A DNA stretch of 64,000 bases from the human T2T-CHM13v2.0 reference genome, Homo sapiens, in the NCBI RefSeq assembly GCF_009914755.1, contig NC_060930.1; one strand, given 5' to 3'. Under the pieces are notes generated by a model. It was given only the letters and a program-made list of their open reading frames with translations. It searched no databases and had not been told where the DNA came from. A program made the translations under genes and the position numbers. Shown piece by piece: positions 49,990 through 64,000 of the stretch (position 1 is the first letter of the stretch; each line of letters opens with the position of its first letter).

Positions 49990-52900
49990 TTTCTACCACC
50001 TCCAAAATCATATTTTGATATACTGCTTCTTTCTTATAAGGCTGATTAGGCCTTTGAAATTTAGGCAAATTCTGAGAATCACTGAAGAATTGTAAAGTAC
50101 TTGCAGGTACTGTATCTTTATTTTAATTTATTAAACATCTATCATGGACAAGATACTGGGCCTGTTACTCTTGCATACATTAGTACCTCAGTGAATGTTT
50201 ATATCTATATTCTTACATAGATAATTTTATTTATAGATGAAGTGGAAAAAGGTTGTATGAATACATCATAGAAGTTGTGAATGAACTCATTTTCATACAA
50301 TTCACATGAGAAGAGTTACCATGTATTTCTCTTACTGGCCCTGAAAAACACCAGTCATTTCTGTGGTAGTTTGTGGTAAACTAGGAGATTAGGATTTCTG
50401 TACCTCTGTGTTCAAGGTTTCAAGGGATTCTGCCAGGATAAATAGCTATGGGCCCTAGGGTGGAGAAAGAAATTATGGTTTATTTTATGTATTTCCTGTC
50501 ATCTCTATTGCTGGTTATTCCTAGTCTAGTTTTGAAAAGGATGGGCCATAAATATATTTGTGTATATGTGCCAATGTACAGACTGTGTATGGGCCTGTGT
50601 GGCTATGTATATGAGGCTTTGAATTGACTTGGGTTTTGTAGCATCCTGGCCCATTGACCACAATATCTCTCAACCAGTCCCAAGTAGTTTTAGAAAAAGT
50701 TAGTGTTGCCTGAGTATACATAACTTTTGGTCTATCCACTGCCTTCCCTTCCACTCGACGAGTTTCATTTGGGTTTGTAGGACTTTGGTGAATTTTGAAG
50801 AGACTTCTAGATAGATATTGTAGGATCCATTCACTGCTTGTCACATCTTCCCTATGGTTTTATACTGAGAGAAAGCAAGAGCTTTGGAATCATAGAATGA
50901 AGTTCTAATCCTACAACATACTTACAATGTAACCTTCCAGAATTCCATCTGTAAACTGGGGATCATAATATCTACCTCTATAATTTGGGGGAGTTGAAAA
51001 TAATATGTTTAAAGCACGTACAATGATGTGTGACACATTGTAGGCATTTGAATAAAGGCCTATATCTGTCATCTTATAAATGAACTATTATATATGGAAG
51101 TCACTGAGCGCTGTGCCTTTCATATAGTGTTCTGTAATTGTTTTTGTGGACAGATACACAAATTGCATTTTATTCATTTGTGGTGTATATCCACACATGG
51201 CATACAATAGGGAACTGTGAATACTGGTCCTTAAATATGAGAAATTCACAGTGGTCCACCAAGAAAGGCTGCTGCTTCTAGAACTTGTCTACAGTGCAGT
51301 ATAGATGACAAAATTCCCAATTAAAAAGTTTATTTTTGTGTGTGCAGTATTTGTGAGGTGAAAACATTTGTGTTGGCATTCACAAATTGATATGCTTTAA
51401 TATTTTGAAAATTAGAACCGTAGTTCAGAGAACAAATTCTTAAATTTCATGAAAATTATATGCAATAATTTTCTTAATTTCTCTTAATATTTTAGAGCTT
51501 TTTAGGTAATGTTTCTAAAGTTGGAGTAAAAGATGACCCACAGAGGTGACATTCATTTTTCTTCTCTCCAGGCTCAGGATGGGCTGTTTCTACATATTAA
51601 GCGAAACGAGATCTTGACTGATGCATTCTGTTTCAAAAAACAGGTCAAGGTTTTCTGACATTGCTCTGAGAGAAAAAGGAATCAGAATGTCTGGGAAAAA
51701 AATTGAGATGTCAGTCTTCTCTCTTTTACATGGAAAAAATCAGCAAGTTTCTGTTATTGTCTCAGGATCTGAATACTCACAGACAGTGCAGGAGAAAATT
51801 CTGTTTTGGATGCTTCTAATGTCCCCAAGTTTTTCAGGAGGAACAGAATTCTGAACTCAGTTCTTGACTGGTATGTGAATAGGATGACATGCATTTTTGA
51901 TTTTCACAGGGTCACTTTTATAGCTCAGTACCTACAGGGCAGAATACAAAATAAGACTATAGAATACAGAATGCCCTAGAACAGCTATCCTTAAAATATC
52001 ATGCTAAATATTCCAAGGAAAAACTCTGTTTACGATGGAAATAAAACCTTCAGCAATGCGTACAAATAATAATTCAAACAGCACCAAATAAAATGTATCT
52101 CACTGTGGTTTATGGTAAGCAGTGAGACCCTAGTGGAACAGTACTGGGTCATGAAGTGCTTTGGAAACACAAAATGGCAGCCTGGATCTCTTGCTACACT
52201 GTGAATTCCTTCAGGGCCAGAGGTATGTATCGTTTACCTTTGCACCACTGGCAGCAACGCTAAGACTGTCCTCTTCATGTGGTTGACACTCAATAACTAT
52301 TTGTTGATGGGATGAGTGAAAGACATAGTTGACCACACTGACAAGGGACAGGCTTCAGGCCACATTAATCAGGGCTGTAAAATATGTCATGCGGAGTTCT
52401 GGACAGATCCACTATCTCTGCCTTTGCACTTCCTGGGAGAGGCAGGGCAGACACATAGCATGTCTTGTGGCTGGAAGCTGTCACTGCACTGTTACATTGC
52501 TCTGGACAGAATGAGTTTCTAAAAGAAGCGTGCCTATATGTATGTATGTATGTATATATATATATTTTTTTTTGGCAGAAAACTGAGCATATTATATAAT
52601 ATATAAGTTGATAGTGTATCTACATTCTTGTCTTGATGCTTCTTGAATGTAACTTCTTTGAAAATTACGTTTGTGTCTTGTTCTGTTACACTGAGACACA
52701 GTGTTGTTTAATGGATAAAAAATGGACTCTGGATCCGACTGCCTGCAGGAGAAGTCCTGGCTCTGGCAATTACTGTGCGACCTGGGCAGGTTATATAACC
52801 TACAGTTTCTTGGTATCCTCATCTGAAAAATGTGATTAGAGGGTTATTGTGAAGGTGAAATAAAGTTGATGTACAAAAATAGACATCTAAATGTTATTTG

Positions 52901-53115
52901 GCATACGGTACATTCTGAAAGAAAGGTTGCCATTTGACAGTACTGTGTGCTTGTACTTTGCAACAGGAAGTAAGAACAAAGATGCCTATTTTATAAGCAG
53001 CTATTCTATGCCTGTTGCTTCACATAACTTATTTATTATGAAGTAAAGTGTTATATAAAGCATATCTGTCTTGCTTCTTATCCAAGGATATCTAGTAACT
53101 GTAGGCTAAAGTGCC

Positions 53116-53605
53116 TGTGTTAGTTTCCTAAGCCTCCTATAAAAAATTACCACAAATTTAGCGGCTTAAAAGAACAGATATTTATTCTCTTATAGAACTG
53201 GATGTCAGAAGTCTGCAATCAGTTTCGCAGGGCTGAAATCAAGGTGTCAACAGGGCCACACTCCATTTGGGTACTCTAGAGGAGAATTCATTTCTTGCCT
53301 CTTCTAGCTTCTGGTGACTGTCAACATTCCTTGGCTTTTGGAGGCATCAGTCCCAGCTCTGTCTCCATGGTCACATTGCCTGTTCCTCTGCCGTGTGTGT
53401 AAAATCTCCCTTTGCCTCCTCCTTATAAGGATACTTGTGATTACATGTAGGACCCACCCAGATAATTCAGGATAATCTCCTTATCTCAATATATTTAACT
53501 TAATCATATCTGCAAAGACCAATTTTGGTCATAAAGGTAACAGTCACAGCTTCCAGGGATTAGGACATGGATATCTTTTTGAGGGTCATTTCTCAGCCTA
53601 CCACA
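53116..53605 (-). mobile_element. MLT1B/C-type MaLR LTR
   Basis: TGTGTTAGTTTCCTA...AAATTACCACAAATTTAGCGGCTTAAA...TCAGCCTACCACA. Confidence 0.82.
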
Positions 53606-54005
53606 GTATCCTATAAAGATATTTCAGAGAAGGAACTCTAAGACCCTATAGTGAGACTCAGTACACTTATTAAACTATCCCCAAAGCTGGGATTAAATAG
53701 TCAAAATAATGGGGTATCTCAGCATTGAGTATCACTAAATTTAAGTTAATCATTATTCCTTTTTATTTTTTACTGTTATTTTAAACTGATTTTAACAATT
53801 TCTGATACCATTTAAACATCAATTACATTAATCCTGACATTCTATAATTTCATATTCCCAGCAATTCTCTGATTTTGTCATGACTGATGTTATCTTTTTA
53901 TTATAAATGAGAAAACTAATGTTTAGAAAAGGTAAGTGCCTCGCCCAAGATTAAAACTTTGAGTAGATCCATGATGCCAGCCAAGGTCTTTTGACTTCTA
54001 AACAA

Positions 54006-54346
54006 ACACACACACACACACACATACACACACACACACATGTATATACATATACATATATGTGTGTATGTATATATGTATATGTGTGTGTATATATGTA
54101 TATACGTATGTATATATGTATGTGTGTATATACATACATATATACATACATATATACACACATATATAGATACATATATACACACACATATACATACATA
54201 TATACACACACATATATACACATACATATATACACACACATATATACATACATATATATACACACACATACATACATACATACCTATACACACACACATA
54301 TACGTATATACATATGTATGTGTATATATGTGTGTGTGTGTATATA
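54006..54346. repeat. Compound (CA/TA/TG)n repeat, ~340 bp alternating purine-pyrimidine
   Basis: Read directly; source of the spurious HTYI/VCIY ORFs. Confidence 0.95.
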
Positions 54347-54426
54347 TTTATTTTTTAATAGCCCAATATAACAGAATAGATAAGCAAGTATTCTTAACAT
54401 TTAATCCTTGTGCTTCTTAAAAGAGC

Positions 54427-54731
54427 TTTTTTTTAAATTTTTTTCCCAGATGGGGTCTCACTCTGTCACTCACGTTGGAGTGCAGTGGTGCAATCATAGG
54501 TCACTGCAACTTCAAACCCCTGGGCTCAACGGACCTTCCTACCCCAGCCTCCCATGTAGCTGGGACTATAGGTACATGCCACCACACCCAGCTTATTTTT
54601 TCAATTTTTTGTAGACATGGTTTCTTCCTTTGTTGCCTAGGCTGGTCTTGAACTCCTTGGCTCAAGTGATCCTCCTGCCTTGGCCTCTCAAAGTGCTGGG
54701 ATTATAGGCATGAGCTACTGTGCCTGGCCTG
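54427..54731 (-). mobile_element. AluJ, full length
   Basis: GGAGTGCAGTGGTGCAATCATAG...CTGGGCTCAA...CAAAGTGCTGGGATTATAGGCATGAGC. Confidence 0.88.
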
Positions 54732-56134
54732 GGTTTTTTTTTTTTTTTTTTTAAATACGTTTTAATTTTTTGAAGAATCTTATACAAATTTTATAATTTT
54801 TTAGGGTTTAGAAATTGTTTTGATGATGAGCCAGATATTGTAGTTTAGAAAGGATAAGTACTGCTTGGTATGAAGAAAAAGTAAAGAATAAGGAGGGAGC
54901 ATTCTGGAAATTTTTATCTTTTTCTTCCCTATAGTTTAACACCCATAGTTTTTAAGAAAATATAGAGTTGCTATAGCATAACTCCTATGGAGTTCTATCT
55001 GTCTAAAAATCAGTCTGATATTGGTCTGTTGAACTGCCTGTGTACAATATAAGCATTAAAGCACTTACAATTGTTGCCTGGCAAGGTTGAAAGATTGGAG
55101 TGAAATATTGGCAATCATAGAAGGATTAATGGCAAGGAATAGCTGACAAAAGGAAATAGTGCACTGTTAGATGAGGAGAAATTGGTGGCTGGCTGCGAAG
55201 AGGGCCCACATCATTAACATCTTCATCAAATTTTTGTTTTCGTGTTTTTCTTGTTCTTCTGCTGTCTTGTAATATTTGCTCATCAGATAATTACCAAAGA
55301 TATAATTGGAAAAGATGGTTCCCAAGTGATTTTTTAAATCTTCATAGGTACAAGCATGAGCTCTAACCATGAAAGTCACATAAAGACTGCACTTAAGTAG
55401 TTCTCCATCCAAAAGAGGGAGGGAGAGGTGTCACTTAATGAATTATTCTATGTACATTGATTTAAAAAATTATAATATGGAGTGAAAACATAGACAAATC
55501 TAACAAAATTGTAGCAAAAATTAAAATAAGTACATTTCGTGGTTCAGCTTATTTACCATTTTGTGAGGAAAATGGAATTTTCTGTAGCTATTTTGGAGAA
55601 ATAACATCAGATTGGAAAAGAACAATAAAATGAGGCAAAGCAGGAAAATAATTGTCCCAGATGTTTCCTGGATATCCCTACATCATGCATTGACTAGTAA
55701 GTGACTTTCTTTCTATTTTAAAATCCATCCAAGGACCAAGGGAAAATTAAATAGTGAGTTCTCTGGTAGAATTGGATTTTATAAATGCAAGGAATGTAAG
55801 AGCTCCTTAAGACAAAGAAAGCTCTACATCAGTTGAATGTTTCCAACACAGGAACATAATAAATAGGTTAGATATCAGCAAATGTGGTTCCTAAAATGGT
55901 AAAAGGGCATAATCACAAAAATGAGGCCGACATTATTTGTATAGATGCTGTAGTTTTTTGTTAAAACTATGCATAAGCATATACACAAAACCCACCACTG
56001 ACCTCACCTTCAGTTTGATTATTCTCTGTCTCTGTCTCTGTCTCTGTGTTTCTCTCTTTTATTTACTTTGAAACAACCTTTGTGGTGAGGTTAGTATCTG
56101 GGAAGAGTGTCCCAGAACCTAAGGTACCTTAAAC

Positions 56135-56477
56135 CAGCACTCCCCAACCTTTTTGGCACCAGGGATGGATTTCATGGAAGACTATTTTTCCACAGAACTC
56201 TTTGGCTCAAGCAGTCCTCCTGCCTTGGCCTCCCAAAGTGCTGGGGGTTGGGGGATGGTTTCAGGATGAAACTGTTCCATCTCAGATCATGAGGCGTCAG
56301 TTAGACTCTCCTAAGGAGTGCACCCTCGCATGCACAGTTCACAATAGGGTTCAGGCGCCTATGAGATTCTAACGTGGCTGCTTATCTGACAGTGGAGCTC
56401 AGTGGTAATGCTCACTCACCCTCTGCTTACCTCCTGCTGTGCAGCCCACTGACTGGTACTGGTCCTGGGGATCCCTG
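56135..56477. mobile_element. MER1B (hAT-Charlie) containing a 51 bp Alu-derived insert
   Basis: CAGCACTCCCCAACCTTTTTGGCACCAGGGA...GGGGATCCCTG; near 8 bp TSD CCTTAAAC/GCTTAGAC. Confidence 0.85.
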
Positions 56478-56579
56478 GCTTAGACTATCAAATTATGATA
56501 CAATGTCAAAGTTTCATAAAATGGCTGAAGTGAAAGAAGTTATTGAGAGGCAAATCTCAATGAGTTAGACTATTGGCCT

Positions 56580-56955
56580 AAATTAGGGAATCAATCAGTT
56601 TTTGTGGCTTAAAAACCACCCCAAATCTCAGTGGTTCAAAATAACATTGTTTACTTTTGATCTTGGCTACATGTTGATGTGGGAAGGGGGGCCGGTGACA
56701 GGTGTCTATGTGTCTCTCTTCCCCTAACTGAATCATGTTCTTCTCATGGTGATGGTGGAAGCCAAAAAGAACAAGCCCAACCACAGGAACACATTTCAAA
56801 TCTCTGTGTCAAATCTGCTAACATCAACTCTGCAATGAGAATTGGCCAAAGTGAGTCACATGGCCAAGCCCAAGCTAAATGAAATGAAGATACTCTTCCT
56901 ATGGAAGCTGGGGGAGGAGACCAAAAATTTCTGAACAATAATTTAAATTACCACA
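56580..56955 (-). mobile_element. Old MLT1 (G/H-type) LTR remnant
   Basis: AAACCACCCCAAATCTCAGTGG...ATTGGCCAAAGTGAGTCACATGGCCAAGCCCAA. Confidence 0.65.
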
Positions 56956-57588
56956 AATACAAAAAACTTACTTTTTCCTTGTGCATTGTAGCATGCAGAA
57001 GAAGAGTGACAGCTACAGTATTCCATGGCACCTAATGCCATTTCCCAGACTGCTGTGGCTTCTAGAGGAAGCCAAAGATGCTGTGCACTGCAGCTACCAC
57101 TTGCCAGCATGCTTTGCAACCTCCACTTCTGTCTGCTATGACCAGGAAAGGAAACTGCCAGTTGGCATGTATGTGTTGTAATGGGATGTGGGGCCTGCAA
57201 TGCAAAGAGCTTGGGCTAGGCTGTAAGAGAATCATGGGCCGAATTCCAGTTCTGACACCACCTATACAACGTTAGATAGTATCATTACTTGTGAGTCTCA
57301 TTTTCCTGAACATAAACTGAGAATAATATTTTCCTCTCAGTATCCTTGTGAAAGCAAAATTATCTCATAAGTGATATGTCTAGCATGGTGCCTGGCCCCA
57401 AGCAGGTGCTCTCTTCTTCTCTAAGGATCTAGGAGGAGTAAGTAGAATGAGTGAGATCAACCTCTGTGAGACAACCATTTATCTGTATATTATTGCCTTG
57501 TATGGCACTTACCACTGGTGGTGTTGTCTTACGTTTAATAGGCCTCTGTTTCTACAATTACATTAAAACATTTTTGGAAGGAAGATTC

Positions 57589-59488
<1,900 letters not shown>

Positions 59489-60639
59489 TTATTTTATGCT
59501 CTATGTCTCACACAGCACCTAGTACAGTCTTACCCCTGTGAGGCAGTATCAGGAGAGGGAGAAAACTTGCCTTTAAAATTAAGCATCTCTGCTAGTTTTG
59601 GGCCTCACCTGTAGCTGGCAATTTCCTTCTCTGGCTCTCTTTTATGCATCTCTAAGATAAGTTTGGACTCCATTCCCTAGAACTGTTCCTGACACATAGT
59701 AAATGCTTAGTCAACATGTTCTGGGTGAATGAATAATATGTATATAAAATATCATCAGGCTTTAAAATTCTTTAATAAAGTTGAGTTCAGGCAGAGAAAT
59801 AAGTAACTGAAAGCTTTTAAATAAAATGAATTAAATGTTATTTCTAACAATGCATTATCAGATTTCATATTTCTCCTTCCCAGAAAAATAATAAATGAAG
59901 CAAATGAAATCCTGGGAAAAAAAACATTTGCCATGTGAAAAGACAGATGTGAGCAGCTTTCCTTTTGAAGTAACTTGTGATTTCTATTTAACTATGAAAA
60001 CAATATCTATTCAGGCAGACATCTTCCTAAGTTCATCATGTTGACAAAAATCCCATGTAGAGTATACAATTTGGCACATTTAGTTTGTCTTGATGAGTTA
60101 CAGCTTTTATATGATAACTCAATGGATCTGTTGGACATTGAATAACTTTCGTGAGTTCCTTATTGACTCTCAATGACAAAAATTCCTGTATCAACCAAAA
60201 ATACATTTACCATCAAAACGCAGGAATGTTCTTCGTTGTTTTTTTTTTTTTTCTGCAAACACATTGTTTGTAACCCTAGTTTTTCTATAAAAACTTGAAA
60301 GAAATACATCTAAACATCTTGGTCTATTAAAGTAGCAGGAGAGATGGTTGAAACCAGACTGTCATGCTTTGTTGTGGAATTCCCAGCAGTAATTTATGGA
60401 GCTTTGGGTAGTGTTGCTGTTTTTATCATTCCCCTGACACCAACCTACCCTGAGAAACATTTTTTTTTCACTGCCCTTAAGAAACTGTGAAGACTTTTGA
60501 AGAGATAAGAAAGGAAGGAGTATCTATTCTCTCTGTCTCTCTCTCTGGCCTCACTCTTCCAAGAAACAGTCCTAGCAATTTCTTCCAGATCCACAGGATA
60601 TTCTTAGTTGTCCTAAACTGGATGTTTTAGGCACTATTG

Positions 60640-60845
60640 TACTGTGGTTAGGGCCTAGAATCTAGAGCCAGAGCTGCCTGTGTTTAAATCCTGGCTCCAC
60701 ACTTTGGGCAATTTGCTTAACCTTTTTGTGACTCAATTTCCTTACCTACAGAATGGAAATAAAAGTTACTCCTGTTGTGAAGATTAAATGGGTCACTATA
60801 CACTATGGGTTTACAGTAGTGTCTGGCATGTAGTAGGCTATCATA
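60640..60845 (+). mobile_element. MIR
   Basis: TGGTTAGGG...AATCCTGGCTCCAC...TGGGCAATTTGCTTAACC...CTCAATTTCCTTACCTACAGAATGG. Confidence 0.75.
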
Positions 60846-62629
60846 TAATTATTACTATCATTATATCATTATATAAATTATATAAATTATTACTATCATT
60901 ATTATATAAATAACATCTTTCCAGGTTTATTGTTCTATTCCTTTGGTTGAGGCTGAATGCTATTGTGGTTACAGTTTGTCAGCTTCTTTCCTCTTGTCTT
61001 TTCACCATTTATTCCATTTTTAGAAACATCCATTCAAATTTGAGGAGAAACAGTAAACTCTTTAATAAAAGCAACTCATCAGGCAGGGAGAAATTTCTAA
61101 GCTATTTAGAGATGTTACCGTCTTTCTCTAGCTTTGGTGTGTTTTATGTTTTCCTTTGGGCAGCAAACTCATTCTGAAATTATAAAAAGAGTTGTGAAGC
61201 TCTGGTCTTGCATCAGTATGATTTTGGATGCATCCAACTTGCATGCTGAAAATCATCTTTCCAGAAACACAAAGCCATGAGTTGGGGAAAAATAATCATT
61301 TCTCCAATTCAGTGTCAGTAAAGAATTTCCTGCAGCAGGAATGAAAGACAAGCTTAGAATATACATCTGACAAGAAACTAAAAATGATCAGATTTTATTT
61401 AAAATGAAATACACAATGTATTAGACACCTCTGGGGCATCATCGTGTTCTTTTCATTAGTTTCTTATGTGTTCTGCTGTCCTTCATTAAGATGTCTGCTC
61501 TCTCTCTTTCTGGAGAATTAAAGCAGAAATTTGAACTTCCAGGGCATATCAATAAGCCACCTGTTGTACAGATTCTTCATATTGTTGTTGTGCAAGTGCA
61601 GATGGAAAAAAAAAAAGAGATGCAACGTTTGAAAAAATTGGGGTGTTGCAAATTGGGTCAAATATTTGCCTTTAAAATTTAATCTCTTAGAATGCAAATT
61701 ACTTATTTGACAAGTGCCCTAGATGGTTTATTAGAATACAGTACGTGGGGTACAGATTGCCTGGACATTTTGCTGAAGAGAACAACTTGCCTCTCTTGCC
61801 AAAAAAGTCACTTTGGATATGGTCAGTATATCCCTAGAATACGTATTAGGAGGCAGCCTGTGAACTTTGATAATGTACAGCAGAAATACTTAATGTCTGC
61901 TAAGAAATTCCAGTTTGGCATTTGTGTTTTGAAACAATGGTAAACTGGGGTCAGGAGGTGGGGCCTTCTTTAGATCAAGAGCAGGTGACCTACTTTTTGG
62001 GACACTCCAATGTTTAAAGACTATTAAAATAAAGAAATCAATTTTGAAAAAAACAAAACACAAATATTGTTTCTATGAGTCTGATGAGATGCAAAAATGT
62101 GCCTTGCTTATATTCACTTATTCCTTGCTCAGATTTAGGATGGAGACAGAAAAATGGAGATACAGTCTTGCTGCTATTGGGTATAATTCTTGTGACCTTT
62201 TCACATCTCTATGATGAAATGAAGAAGGTGAGAGGAGTAAGTTTCATCTACTCTTGGATAACATTAAAAAAAAAAACTACCTCTTTCCCGCCATTTTCAC
62301 AGCCAGATCCTAATCAACTTTCCTCTGGGCTCTGATAAAGTTTCTTTGTCAGCCTCCTTGCCTGGCCCTTCTGCTGGAGCTGAAAAAATAATTGCTCTCT
62401 CTTAAGGGTCATTTTGACCATGTTATATCTCTTTATTTGAGTCCAGATTTCCTCTCAATTACTTTTTTCTTTGTTTTGGTCAGGAAGAAAACTTTCAAGC
62501 TTGTTTTTTTAAAAGTTGAAGAACATAGTAAGTCATGAAAAACAAAACAAGAGAAAACTCCAAACTTAAGTTCCCCACAATCCCTAAACTGTTCCTAATA
62601 TTGGGGTGGATGTATATGTATGTGTATAC

Positions 62630-64000
62630 ATGTGTTTGACTTATTTCTTGCAATAAAAAACTCCAAAACTTAGTGACTTAAAATACAACAGCTTTCACAT
62701 CTCTTAAGACTTTGTGGCTTAGTAATTTGAACAGATCTTGGCTGGGTGATTCTTCTACTCCATGTTGTGTTGAATGAGGTCACTTGGTAGTTTTTAACTG
62801 GTAGCTTACCAGGGTCTAGAGATTTCAAGGCAGCGTTACTCACCTGCCGGGTATCTTGACCACAGTGACTCTGCTGGGCCCTTTTCCCTCGCCAGATGAG
62901 CTGAAGGTCTCTCCATAAGGTCTCTTCAGCTGGTAGTTGGAATCTTTACACTCAGGCCTCAGGGCTCCAAGAGTAAGTTTTGAGAGATAGGAAGAGGAAG
63001 CTGCCAGTGTCTTAGGGGTGAGGAAACTAACATGATGCCACTTCTGCTGTATTTAATTGGTCAAAGGAGTTCCAGAGTCTGTCCAGTTTCTCAGAGAGGA
63101 GTGTCAGAGGATTTGTGGCCGTCTTTAATTTTCTATAATTTACCCTTTGGTCACGAATGATTTATACTTCTCTCATATGCAAAATATACTTGTTCTAGAT
63201 CACTAAAACCTCATCCCGTTACATCAGGGATTGGCAAACTATGGGCTTCCACTTATTTTCATAACGTTTTACAGGAACATAGACATGCCTTTTAATTTAT
63301 ATGTTGTCTAGTGCTGCTTTCATGCTGTAGTAGTAGAGTCGAATAATTGTGACAGAGGCCTTATGGCCTGCAAGTCTAAAATATTTACTATCTGGCCACC
63401 TCCTGCTATCAGCTCAAAGTCCAGGATCTCATCTTTTAAATTAAGGCAAGATAGAGATAAGGATCCTTAAGCACAGTTCATCGAGTACAGTTACTTTCTA
63501 TCTGAAGAACTATGAACTCAAGAGACTAACCTCCACAATACACAATGGTAGCTCAGAGATAGGGGAACCCCAACGGACATTCCATTTCAGAACGAAATGG
63601 TAGGCACATAGCAGTCACTAGTCCTTAGCAGTTCTAAAGTCTAATCAAGCATATTTTGCCAGTTCCTTGATTATGGCCCTGCCCTACTCCTTGGGGAGAC
63701 TTTTCCATGGCTCGTGGCTCAATCCTCCGGGCTTTTGGTTCTGCCAAAATTATCCTTCCTTTTCTATGTGACCTGTGTTTAGAGCTGAGTAGTTTTCTCA
63801 GCCTGCTTCTTGCCCATAGAAGGTTGGGATCCAGCAATGTGTTTTCATTCTAAACTGTTTCTGTCTCTTTTAGTTAAAGTGAAAAAAATTGTTTTATAAA
63901 CTTTATGAGTTTGTTCGGCATCATTTTATAATAAACTTCTTTAGACAAAAGCCACACCAATATTTCTTTCTTAGATACCCCCTTCTCTACCTTTGGCAAC
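62630..64000 (-). mobile_element. Old MLT1 LTR plus probable MaLR internal sequence running off the window
   Basis: CAAAACTTAGTGACTTAAAA...TGCCACTTCTGCTGTATTTAATTGGTCAAAG, followed by MLT-int-like sequence. Confidence 0.6.
63224..63398. mobile_element. MER58A
   Basis: CAGGGATTGGCAAACTATGG...AAAATATTTACTATCTGGCC. Confidence 0.75.

Noticed and set aside
53916-54420. Five overlapping 99-127 aa ORFs on both strands
   Set aside because: Translations of a dinucleotide repeat that cannot form stop codons; same for 44833-45109
60840-60912. AT-rich TATCATTA/TATAAATTA repeats
   Set aside because: Low-complexity expansion at a MIR tail

Overview
Primate, very probably human, non-coding DNA (young AluYa5 and L1PA2/3 copies). 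No host protein-coding exon, RNA gene or CpG island can be supported; nearly all ORFs in the track are transposon remnants or chance frames. The dominant structure is a 5'-truncated ~5.7 kb L1PA7/8-type LINE on the minus strand (5870-17552), interrupted by a 5990 bp two-LTR HERV-K(HML-2)-related provirus with LTR5A-like LTRs (8916-14905, 5 bp TSD CTTGT). The provirus lacks capsid/nucleocapsid/protease. Most of its env is replaced by a foreign, extremely A-rich ~340 bp segment, and it carries heavy G-to-A changes that intensify towards the polypurine tract, as expected for APOBEC3 editing. The rest is a mosaic of older repeats (MIR, L2, L1M, MaLR/ERV LTRs, MER DNA transposons) with a few repeat-poor blocks. 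Smaller oddities are a ~118 bp direct repeat flanking a captured segment, a 51 bp Alu piece inside MER1B that may be copied from a neighbouring Alu, an L1 with a composite (transduced) tail, and a promoter-like motif cluster next to a 40-T tract. Family names and consensus comparisons are from memory and were not computed. I do not see evidence for a wholly new biological system; the edited, non-autonomous provirus is the best candidate for something under-described.
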